Shown in pieces: positions 25,001-37,000 of a DNA stretch of 64,000 nt. Made by a program: the position numbers and the translations under genes. This stretch comes from Scyliorhinus canicula (Eukaryota). A model generated the notes under the pieces. The model was not told where the DNA came from. It saw only the letters and a program-made list of their open reading frames with translations, and did not search any database. The stretch covers positions 310,264,335-310,328,334 of the forward strand of contig NC_052146.1 in assembly GCF_902713615.1 (NCBI RefSeq), in the 5' to 3' direction. Positions within the stretch are counted from its first letter, which is position 1. Each line of letters begins with the position of its first letter.

Positions 25001-28000
25001 TATTGTCTGTGACTGTGGTGGAGGCAGATTCACACAGCGAGTGGTTAGGATCTGGAATGTACTGTCTGAGTGGTGGAGGCAGATTCACACAGCGAGTGGT
25101 TAGGGTCTGGAATGTACTGTCTGAGAGTGTGGTGGAGGCAAATTGACACAGCGAGTGGTTAGGATCCGGAATGTTCTGTCTGAGAGTGTGATGCAGACAG
25201 ATTCACACAGCGAGTGGTGAGGGACAGAGTCAGGTTTAGAGAAGGTGCCAAGGAGTGTAGACCAAGTTGGAGGGAAGTACCAGGGGGCAGTCTGTTCACC
25301 CCCCATGGTGGGGACTTCAAACCTTTTCAACCCCCAAAGCCACCTCCTTATAAACCAAACCCTCAGAGACTGGCTCAGTTAGAGACTGAGGGACAATGCA
25401 TGTTGGCCATGTTACAGAAACACGGAAAACTGTTGTGGTCCACGGAATGCCAAAGAGAGTCTGAGCTGAGATGTCTCCGGCCGTGTTGGAGGACAAATCG
25501 GTGTTGGCCGCCCCAGATTTTTCCAAACTGCAGAGCTGAGCAGAATCCTTTTGAATCTCTGTCCCAAAAGAGGGCAATTCTCTGTCAAATCTCAGTTTGA
25601 ACTCCCTTCAGGTACACAAAGCAGTTAGTGAGTACTGAAAACCTGAATACAGAGCTGGGGAGGGGGGATCATTCCAGATCCCTCTTCTATTAAAGGTACC
25701 AGACCAGTCAAAGGCCTCACGAAAATGCTGCTCTAATATTCTGTGTAACTGAGACAAGTTGTTGGTGAGTCTGCTGAAGCTGACCACATATCAGACACTC
25801 AGCAGGTTTGAAGTTCTCCTTCCAGATGGAATCCCACAGCCTGAGAATCCAGCCTGAATGGCCCAGCTTGAAGATCTAACCCAACTGATGGTTCAACACA
25901 TCGCATTCTGAAGAGATCACTGCCGACAAAAACCTCAACCTCAGCAGCAAAGATCCTTAAATATCTCACACCCAGTTTAATCCCCATCATTTCGATCCTT
26001 TCCCTTCCCCCCTGTGTGTCTGTCTTGTGTGCATGTGGCTGGAGGGTGGGACTGTGATTGGGGAACATTTATATTAATAGATCACTGTTATATTATTTCC
26101 ATTATCTGTTCATCTTGTTCTCTTTTTATAAATAAACATTTTTTTAATGTTTTACTTTCCAATCCTGTGCTGATAACTCATTGGAGAGGTCAAGGGTCAA
26201 CGATCTCAGGAAAGTACACAAGTTCCTGGTTAATTCACTTATGTTGGGAATCCGGGGTCTGTGGGGCTGGAACTGACCGTGCGCTGGCCCAGGGTGTCGT
26301 AACAAAATGTATCGCCGTTCCTTCACTGTCGCTGTGTCTCAATCCTGGAACTCCCTCCCTAACAGCAGTACCTACACCACATGGAGTGCAGGCAGCTCAC
26401 CACCACCTTCTCCAGGGCAGTTAGGGATGGCACCTTGCCAATAAAGTATGAATATAAAACAAAACAGCTCGAGGCACCACATTGGCAATAACCTGAGTAA
26501 ACAAAGGAGTCAAAGAATTTAAGTTCTGGAAGATAAGTTCAAGAAGATTCCATCTGTGAGTAAAACCACATGAGAATCATGGAAACTGTACTTACTGGTT
26601 ACATTCAGCTGTGATCCATTCCCACTGATATCTCCCCACACGGAGCAGTAATAGACGGCAGTGTCACTGGGCTGCACGTTGCTGATTGTCAGGATGAAGG
26701 TTTTATTGGACGTGTCTCGGGAAGGATGGAAACGCTCAGTGAAACCTGGACTCCGTTGTGTGTTGTTCTTTATATCATGTGTTAAAACCCTCTCCATATC
26801 TTTCCCTGGCAGCTCCCGGTTCCAGTGAACATCGGTGTGTGTCACTGCGGCGTTCCGCATGGTGCACTGTAACCGTGCAGTCTGACCCTCTGTGACACGT
26901 TCCAGACTCGGGGACTGGATAAGGACTGGAGCATTCGCACCTTTCAGAGAAAAATATCAACAAGTTATTAACAGTCTGAAGGTTCCAAAGTGTTTAAAGG
27001 GAATGTTCGGTGTTAAAAAGAGAGAACCAGATTCTAAGACTGAACCAATGGGCTGATTCATTCAAATAAAGCAAAATATATTTGTGAGAGTAAATAAAAA
27101 ATCAGTTGCTTAATTGTTTAGGATCGAATCTTGTTGAAAAGAGACACATTGTTGAAGTATTTCATTTTGTACTCATCGAGAAAAACACAGTTTAATTTCA
27201 AAGAATCACAATTTATCCTTCAGGGGGAAATGGTGCCAATGGGTGACACTGCAGCGCAGTGGTTATCACTGTTGTTTCACTGCTCTCAGGTTCCAGGTTT
27301 GATTCCCGGCTTGGGTCACTGTGTCTGTGCGGAGTCTGCACATTCTCCCTGTGTCAGCGTGGGTTTCCTCCGGGTGCTCCGTTTCCTCACATACATCCTG
27401 AAAAATGTGGTGCGGGATTCTGCGGGAATCGGCGGGGTGGGCAACTCTAGCGAGAAGGAGTGGCGTGAATCACAGGCCGGCAGGGAAGGGGAATGGTGCC
27501 AAGCCAACCGGTGCCGAAGGGCCTCTGCCGGCCGGCACAAGTTAGCGCATGCGCGGTAGCGCCAGCATGTGCTGGTGGGGGGCTCATCTCCGCGTCTGTC
27601 ATGGCGGAGGAACAGCAGCCGACGCGGAGGAATAGAGTGCCCCCACGGCGCAGGCCTGTCCGCGGATCGGTGGGCCCCGATGGTGGGCCAGACCCCCGTG
27701 GGGGCGCCTCCTGGGGCCAGATCCCCTCACTCATCCCCCCCCCCCCCCCGAGGACACCGGAGGCCGCCCGCACCACGAGGTCCCGCTTGTAAGGACCTAC
27801 TCTAAATTACGCCGGCGGGACCGGCAACAAACGGGCGGCCACTCGGCCCATCACAGGCCGGAGAATTGCCTGATGGCCGGGAGGGCCGATTCCCACCCCC
27901 GCCAAATCTCCGGCACTGGAGAATTCGGCAGCCGGCTGGGGCGGGATTCACGCCGTTCCCCATCGATTCTCCGACTTGGCAGGGTGTCGCAGAAACCTGC

Positions 28001-31000
28001 CCGTGTTGTTTGGAAATTAGGACATTCTGAATTCTCCCTCTGTGTACCCGAACTGCCGCCGGAATGTGGCGACTCGGAGCATTTTACAGTAACTTCATAG
28101 CAGTGTTAATGTAAGACTACTTGTGACAATAAAAATTATTTAAAAAGACGTCAACTCTGATTGGCTGAAACGTTGCCATGGAGAATACCGCGAATGCGAG
28201 GCTCCCAAAGCTCCTGTTGAAATCAAATAAAGGAGCACGGCTTGAACATATTCCTTTTGTTTGCAGACAGCCGGTCTCTGATTGTCTCACTTTGAGCAAG
28301 TGTAAATGAGACACATCAGCTCTTGTTTAAATACATCGGAGGTCAATGTCAATCAGTTGAAACATATTGTTCCAACACCCTGGGTCAGTGTGCGGTCAAT
28401 TCCAGCCCCACTTGACCCAGTGTCACAACACAGGGGCTGTTTAGCACAATGCTAAATCGCTGGCTTTGAAAGCACACCAAGCAGGCCAGCAGCACGGTTC
28501 GATTCCCGTAACAGCCTCCCCGGACAGGCGCCGGAATGTGGCGACTAGGGGCTTTTCACAGTAACTTCATTTGAAGCCTACTCGTGACAATAAGCGATTT
28601 TCATTTCATTTCATTTAAACTTTTATTTTACAATTCCCGAGGTCTTCAGCTGCCCAATAATTACAGTCACCAGGTTTGTAAATTTAAACATAATTAACTT
28701 CTTATCAAAAATAACTATAATTAAATAAGCAACAAATACAACTGGTTAACTATTATGTAATATCCAGCACCCCCACCCTTGTGTTCCTTACTTCTGCACA
28801 AATTAAAGGTCATGTACCAAAAAAGATAGAGACCAAATAATAGAAATAGGAACTGAGGGAACAACAGGAATGCCGCTGGGAATGTGAAGAGGAATAGCAG
28901 CGTCAGTGAGCAGAGTGATGTGAGTCTGGATGGACGGCAGCTCCTGATTACACCTCCCAGTCTCAGGCTCTCCCCACACCCTGTCCCCACTCATGGAGCC
29001 CCACATCTCCCAATCCCTCCTCTGACATTCCAGCTCCTCTGCTTCTCTGCTCTGTGCTCCGGTGCTGCAGAAATGTTGCCGGAAAATCCCTAATCCCCTC
29101 CCCATCCTGCTCACTGCTTCCCTCGGAATGATCACCTTTCACTGACACTGAATCCTCACAACCATTCTGCTGCTGTGTACAGTCAGCCCCCCCCCTCACA
29201 CCCACCTCACCCCCCCCACCTCACCCTCCAACCTCACCCCTCATGCCACCCCCCACCCCCAACCTCACCCCCAAACCGAGTGTATACCGTTCTCCAATCA
29301 GGATTCAGTTCCCAACACTGAGGCAAATGATGGTTGATCCAGGGGAGCTGCCAGAGCCAAGGCCACGGCCCCAGGGCTGCCTCAGCTGTACGGGGGGTGG
29401 GGGGGGGCGGGGGGTCGGGGTGGGGGGCATCGCTGGGATACCCCAGATCCAGGGGTAACAGATGGCACTCATGTCGACTGGCTCACACCGGGACATCACG
29501 GAGTTCCCTTCATCAACAGAAAGAGATTCCACTCCCTGAACCTCCAACCTGTGTGCGACCACCACATGGAGATCGTGCTTGTGTGTGCACACTTCCCCGG
29601 GAGTGTGCACGGCAGCTGCCTAACACTAATTTGGGTTGACTCTTGGGGTATATGAGGACCTTTGCTGTTTGGAGGACAGTGTTAGTGGTCTGATTAGTAC
29701 GTTTGTAGATGACATCAAGGTTGTTGGAATTGTGGATAGCGATGAGGACTCTCAGAGGATACGGCAGGATATAGATCGTTTAAAGACTTGGGCTCAATAT
29801 GAGGTACTGCTTTTTGGAAGGTCTAAAATATTTGAGAAATATGCAGTAAATGCCAGAACCCTTGAGAATATTGACAGGCAGAAGGATCTGGGTGTACAGG
29901 TACACAGGTCAGTGGAAGTGGCAAAACAGGTGGAGAAGGTTGTCAAGGAGGCATGCGGACTGCCTGTCTTCATCGGTCAGGCAATTGAACATAGAAATTG
30001 GCAAGTCATGCTCTAGTTGTACAGAACCTTAGTTCGGCCACTTGGAATACAGTGTTTAATTCTGGTCGCCACACTACCAGAAGGATGTGGAGGATTTGGA
30101 GAGGGTATAGCAGAGGTTTATCAGGATGTTGCCTGGTATGGAGAGCATTGCCTATAAGGAGAGGTTGGAGAAACATGGTTTGTTCTCACTCGAGCGGCGG
30201 ACGTTGAGGGGCAACTGATAGAAGTCTCCAAAATTATGAGGGGCATGGACAGAGTAGAGAGGCAAAAGCTTTATCGCAGGATGGAAGAGTCTAGGGAGCA
30301 CAGGTTTAAGGTGTAAGGGGCAAAGTTTAGAGGAGATGTGCAAGGGAATTTTTATTACACAGAGAGTCGCGTGAAACTCGCTGTAGGAGAGGATGGTGAA
30401 CGCAGATACGAAAGTGACGTTTATGGGGCACCTTGATAAATCCATAAATCGGATGGGATTAGAGGGATAAGTACCCCGGAAGTGTAGAAGGTTTTCAGTT
30501 CGATGGGCAATATGGACGGCGCAGGCTTGGAGCTGAAGGAGCTGCTCCTGTGCTGTACTTTTCTTTGTTCTTAAAGCTGCGATTAAGGAGTCGTCAATGT
30601 GAGGTCATCGTTGAATTTATTTGTTTACAGAGTGATGGCCAACGGGATCTGGTATCTGTTTTTGGAAGGTCACTGGAGTGTAGGTAATTGGTGAGGGATG
30701 GTGTTTAGACCTCACTGGGCAGGTCATGGGACATCACATTGGGGTACAGATTATGTAATTAATGGGAGGAGCCAGGTCTGCATGTGGCTTTCACAGTTCT
30801 GTCAGAGGATTTGAGTCTGATAAGACAGAAGGATTTTCAGGTTGTTCATGAAAGGGCCTCTCTCATTGAACGTCTGCACAGAGAACATTGAGTAATCCTG
30901 ATTGTCAAGTTTATTTATGAATGGATTTTGAACTGTCGTGGGTTGCTTATTTGGAATATATATATTGGTACAAAGAACAAAGACGAACAAAGAAAATTAC

Positions 31001-34000
31001 AGCACAGGACCAGGCCCTTCGGCCCTCCCAGCCTGCACCGATCTAGATCCTTTATTTAAACCTGTCACCTATTTTCCAAGGATCTACTTCCCTCTGTTCC
31101 TGTCCGTTCATATATCAGTCCAGATGCATTTTAAATGATGCTATCGTGCCTGCCTCTACCACCTCCGCTGGCAAAGCGTTCCTGGCACCCCCCAGGTGTA
31201 GGGCATGAGGTAAGTTTTTCTCCATTTATTTATGAACAGTTTCTCTGATAAATGTAAAAGTTATTTCATTGCTGTTGATGTGGTTAAAGGGGCCAGACAG
31301 CTGGTTTGTGATGCAGAGCGAGGTCAGCAGCGTCGGTTCAATTCCCGTACAGGCTGAGGTTATTCATGAAGGCCCCGCCTTCTCAACCTTACCCCTCGCC
31401 TGAGGTGTGGGTGACCCTCGGGTTAAATCACCACCAGTCAGCTCTCCCCCCTCAAAGGGAAAGCAGCCAATGGTCATCTGGGACGATGGGGACTTTACAC
31501 TTACTGACAATGTGGTTAATTCTGTGCTTAAATTAAAGTTTGTTTCAACATAAATGATATCTATTGGTCAGAGTCATCACTCCTGCGGTGAAATATCCTT
31601 TCCTCACAGTTTGATGAACAGTAAATTGTTTGGGGTTTCCTGGCCGGGATCCTAACAAATGTTGGGGTCTGGTCCGGGATCCTCCCAACTCCCCACCATC
31701 ATTCCTGACTGGATGTGAAAAGACAGCTGTGCTTAGATCTGACCGTCTGTCCACTCCTCCCCACACAATCCATGCTCATTTCACACACACATTCTCAGCA
31801 ACCGAGCCATTTCTTTGTCTCCACAATCAAACCATCCATTCGACTGACTCTTGCTGCTGGCAATTGGGAGCCACCTCCTGCCCACTGCCAGCTCCTGATC
31901 CTGCAATCAGTCTTCACTCTCACCCACAACACTGGCACTCCACTGATCAACATCATAACTGATATCTGTGTGAATGTGATGGCCACTGTCTATCCCTCCT
32001 CAGAATCTTTCACCTCTCCACTCTGTTTAACACCACTGAGCACAGGTTCCTGTTTAAAAGTCTCTGATCCACATTCCAGCCCCTGGCACTGCTCTCTCAC
32101 GGTCCCACTCCTGCTGCTCACATCATCCACATTATATCAGCACCAAAGGATTTCTCCTCCAGTGTCTGAATGATCGTCTCTGCTGTGTCCCCAGGGCACC
32201 ATCCCTGGCTCCCTCCTCATCCTCATTTCACCCTCAGAAACCTGGTCAACATTCCCATCTTCACCATCACTCAGATCAGTCTCTCCACCTCCTCCATTGA
32301 TCCCAATGTTCTTCCACTCTCTCCAAATGTCTGTCCAACATTCGGACTCGGCTAAGACAAAGTTTCTGTGCAGCTCAGTAAACAGCCAGACGGCACTAAC
32401 CTCCCCAGACACCCCCTCAGGATAAAGCCAGAGATGTGGAACTTTGGGGAATTGCTGAAGCTGAGCTCAGCTTCTTCCCCACAGTGAACCCATCAGTAAG
32501 ATCACTTTACATCACCTCCTAGCTCTTCATCATCACAAACTCATCTCCAATTCACTCATCTGGAAGAGGTTATTGCTGTGGGTAATTGGAATGAAAACTC
32601 TACTTACTGGTTACATTCAGCCGGCTTCCATTCCCATAGATCCTCTCCACACTGAGCAGTAATAGACGGCAGTGTCACTGGGCTGCACGTTGCTGATTGT
32701 CAGGATGAAGCTGTTGGAGTCGATGTGTCTGGAAGGCAGGAAACGCTCAGGCAAACCTGGAGATCCGGTATATGTCATTCCGTGTATCATGATCTAAAAT
32801 CCCCTCCCTCTGTTTCCCTGGCCGCTCCCGGTCCCAATAAACATTTCTGTCTCTCACTGCGGCGTTCTGCATGGAGCACTGTAACCGTGCAGTCTGACCC
32901 TCTGTGACATGTTCCACACTCGGAGACTGGATAAGGACTGGATCAGTCGCACCTTTCAGAGAAAAACAAAATCAGTGAGTTAAATTCTGAGCTGAAAGTT
33001 TGCTGTGAGTATTTAAAGGGACAGTCCAGGCAGTAGAAGTTCTGTGTTAAAGAGAGGAAACAGCTTCTGAGACTGATCTAGTTGTGTTAGTTTGTTAATG
33101 ATTTCTATCCTGGGGGTTACTCTGTGCTGATCTCAGCAGTACAGATGTGTTGATATAATTGTGAAATGCAATATTGTTCTCACACTGTGGAACAGCTCTC
33201 TCAAACACACTGACCTCTCCCAGTTAGTGTCTAAATGAATTCCTGGGATGTGGGTGTCGCTGGCTAGGCCAGCTTTTATTACCCATCCCTAATTGCCCTG
33301 AAGGAGGCGGTGGTGAGCTGCCTTCTTGAACTGCTGCAGTCCATGGAGATTGGAGCTATCTTTACTGAACCAATAGTGGGAGAGTGTTTCTCACAATAGG
33401 AAGCAGGTTTGGGAATTAGAATGGGAAGTGTCTGCAACATTCGAAGAGGCAGTCAGACATTTAAAGGGACAGGGCCACCCCTCGGATCAACAGAACCACA
33501 GCCTATTGGGTTTGTGAAAACTGAGGCCTCCCCACAGGTTAGGGTCCGTGGGGGCGGGGGGGGGGGGGGGGGGTCAGATTGGGAGGAATGGCGTCTCTAT
33601 CCCTCCATTCCTCAGGGACTGGGATCTTTACCAGCTGCCACTGCAACACGGTGGGCATGGGAGTGGGGGTAACAGAGAGAGATTGGAAATAAATCAGAGG
33701 GAGCCAAACCCTGTCCCTCCAACTGACAGTTTTAATATTGGTAAAGGGCACGGAGCCAGTGGGGGTCCCAGGAGAGGCAAATCGAGGGGAATACAGCTCA
33801 GGTAGTGAGTGAGTCAGTGGATCTCTCAGGAAGGTGTTGGGTGGCACAGTGGTTAGCACTGCTGCCTCACTCCGCCAGGGACCCGGGTTCAATTCCGGCC
33901 TCAGGTGACTGTGCGAAGTTTGTACATTCTCCGCGTGTCTGTGTGGGTTTCCTCCAGGAGCTCCGGGTTCCTCCCACAGCCCAGAGATGTGCAGGTTAGG

Positions 34001-37000
34001 TGGCTTGGCGATGTGCGGGGTTACCGGGATAGGACGGGGGTAGGACGGGGTAGTGAGTCTGGGTGCAGTGCTCTGTCACTGCAGACTCTGATGGGCCGAA
34101 TAGCCTCCGGCTGCACTGTAAATTCTCCAGCTCCAAGCAGAGTTGGTCTTTATGGACAGAATGCGCTGTGGGACCCATGGACCCTCCACTCCAATGGACC
34201 CCTGACTCTTGGACCTGGCCACACACCAGCCCCTAAGCTTGGAGGTGATTGGTTCATTCGGTGACCCTCCCCACCCCACAACCAGGTGCCACCCTGCTGT
34301 CAGGATAACACACGGCCCACCCAATGAGACACCCATAGGTGACCCCTTTGAGGAAGAGGACAGGGGTCACAGAGCCTGTCGCTGACACGGATTACAGCAG
34401 CCACCGGGACCCCTGTTGACAGGGACGGGTGGTGTGTGGCGAAGACAGAGGCTCATCAGTGTCACTCTCTGATTGGGACAGGGGTGCAATGCGGATGGCA
34501 ACATATCGGGGGGGGGGGAGCTGGCTGAGGGGTGAGGGTGGGGTTGGGGGAGGGTGTGGTGAGGGTGATGCTGAAGTACAACTCGGGGTCACTGTGTAAC
34601 CTGGTGGTGTTGGATGGACAAGGGAATGCCCATCTTGCTGACATGTTTTCCCCTTCCTGCCTGCAGAGAATGAATTTTGGAGGACAACCAGCTAAGCTCA
34701 CTATCTACTGGGCAACCTCAGCAGATCCGACAGCATCTGTGGAGAGAGAAGGGAGCTAACGTTTCCAGTCTGAGTGACTCTTTGTCAAAGCGGCTGCTCT
34801 GCCAGACCGGGCTCCATCCCCGGTTCTTCCTGGACACCCTCCTCATTGTCCTCGTCAGACGTGACCTGCCATTGTTCCTCCTCCTCCTCCAGAATGTCAC
34901 TCCTCTGCTGCACAGTATTTTGAGGGCACAGCATCCAGAACCGTTTTGGAGACCCTCCTGGGGCTCAGCAGCAACCAGGAGCGTCATTGAGCAGTGCATC
35001 AGTGTTTCCAAGATGCATTTCCAATGCCTGGACCGCTCCGGTCGATCTGTCCAATATCGCCCCAGGAGGTTCTCAGAAAGGCCAATCAAAGTTCATCATC
35101 AGAGATTGAAGTAACAACAGCATTGGATGGTCAAATAGCCAAAACTGTCCTTGAGAATGAAGGTAATTCGACTTCCGGTGGCGGCGATGACGTAGGAAGC
35201 CGCACATTTGGGAGCTCCTGTTTCAAACGGATTTTTCGGCTCTTTTTACAGCCCAAACTGAATTTTTTCGATGTCGCCCGGTGGGAGAAGGTGTGCTGAT
35301 CGACTTTCTCTGCATTTCATGACTCGAACTCGGAGTGGAAAGGGGGAAAAAAGTCAGCAGCTGCCCAGAAAAAATGGGGGAAGGAATCCAAGATGGCGGC
35401 CGGCGGATCACCAGAGGAGTGGAAGCTGTGGGCCCAGGAGCAGCAAGTTGCTCTCCTGCGCTGTTTTGCAGATTTGAAGGCTGAGGTACTGAGCTCGCTG
35501 CAGAAAACAAACAAAAGGCTCTCGGAGATTCAGACGACCCAGGGTGCTGCCATCAAGGCATTGCAGACGCAGGCCACTGAACGAGAGGAGGAGGCCGTGG
35601 TCCTCGTGAGTAAGGTGGAGGGGCATGGGGCACTCCACAAGAAGTGGCAGGGCCGCTTCGAGGAGCTTGATCACCGCATGAGGCGGAAAAATCTGTGGAT
35701 CTTGTGCCTTGCGGAGGGGCTGGAGGGATCGGATCTGTCAACCTACATGGCTACGATGCTGATCTTGCTAGTGGGGGCCGGATCTTTCCATCTGCCCCTG
35801 GAGCTGGAGGGAGCCCACAGGGTACGGGCCAGGAGGCCTAAGGAGAATGAACCCCCGCGTGCGGTGCTGGTGAGGTTCCACCGGAGCAGTGATCGGGAGT
35901 GTGTGCTGTGCTGGGCCAAGAAGGTGAAGAGCAGCAACTGGGGGAATGGGGTAGTACGGATCTACCAGGATGGGAGTGCGGAGGTAGCTAAGCGGCGGTC
36001 CGGGTTTAATCGGACGAAAGAGGTGCTCAACAAGAAGAAGATAAAGTTCGGAATGTTGCAGCCTGCGCGCCTGTGGGTAACCTATTTGGAACGGCATTAT
36101 TATTTTGATTCCCCGGAGGAGGCGTGGGCCTTCGTGCGGACGGAGAAACTGGACTCGAACTAGGGGTTGGGGGTTGTGGGGTCGGTTGTAATGCTTAATT
36201 GCTGGTTTCTGCTGTTGCTGTGTTCACGTTTTCTGTACTTTTGTAATTTTGATATGGTTATTTATTGGGGTGTTGTTCTGTTTTTTGTTGTGGGGCATTG
36301 TTTGAGTTTTGTATCTTGCGGGGAGGGTTGGGGGGGTTTGTTGTATTCTATGTCGGAGTGGGGGTATGGAGTGGGGCTGGTATTTGGGAGCTGCGTCAGA
36401 AGGGTGTGGTGGGGCAGTGCGAAAGCGCGGTCTTTCCTCTGGTTTCCCGCGCTGCGGGGCTGGGGGGTGGAGACGATGATGGGGGTGCAGGGCCTTAACT
36501 GGTTCCTTCCCGCACTGAAGCGGTGCCTGGAGGAGGGATAGGATGGGGGATGATTCCACTTTGGGAGGGGTCGGGTTTTTGGCGGGAGTTTCCGGGGTCA
36601 GCAGAAGTTAGCTGACCCACGGATACAATGGAGGACGGTTCGTGGCTAGGAGGGTTCCTAGCCTGGGGGGAAGGGAGGGGGGGAAAGGGGAATACCGGGT
36701 TGCTGCTGGTAGGGTCAGGAAGGAGCTGGTGGGGGCTGGGGGGATAGAGGTGAGGTGTTGTCGCTGTGGGGACTGGGTGGGGCGGGGGGGTGCTGGCCTG
36801 GGGCGGGCAGTCGACGGGCTATGGCTAGTCGACGGGGGAGGGGGGCGGGAAGCCCTCTGATCCGGTTGGTCACCTGGAATGCGAGAGGATTGAATGGGCC
36901 GGTGAAGCGGTCGAGGGTACTTGCTCATCTGAAGGGGCTAAAGGCAGTTGTGGCAATGCTTCAGGAGACCCACCTGAAGGTGGCGGACCAGGTCCGTCTG

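Noticed and set aside
26606-26616. CACAGCT in V1 as a cryptic RSS heptamer
   Set aside because: Only 5/7 match, inside the J-like coding sequence, with no nonamer at 12 or 23 nt.
29460-29550. VQGVESLSVDEGNSVMSRC resembling an Ig A-B strand
   Set aside because: No downstream Trp or F-strand Cys; sits in GC-rich repeat-like sequence.
26596-32952. Rearranging TCR or Ig locus
   Set aside because: No RSS, no separate D/J segments, no C1 exon seen; V is followed by a TM exon and a long tail.
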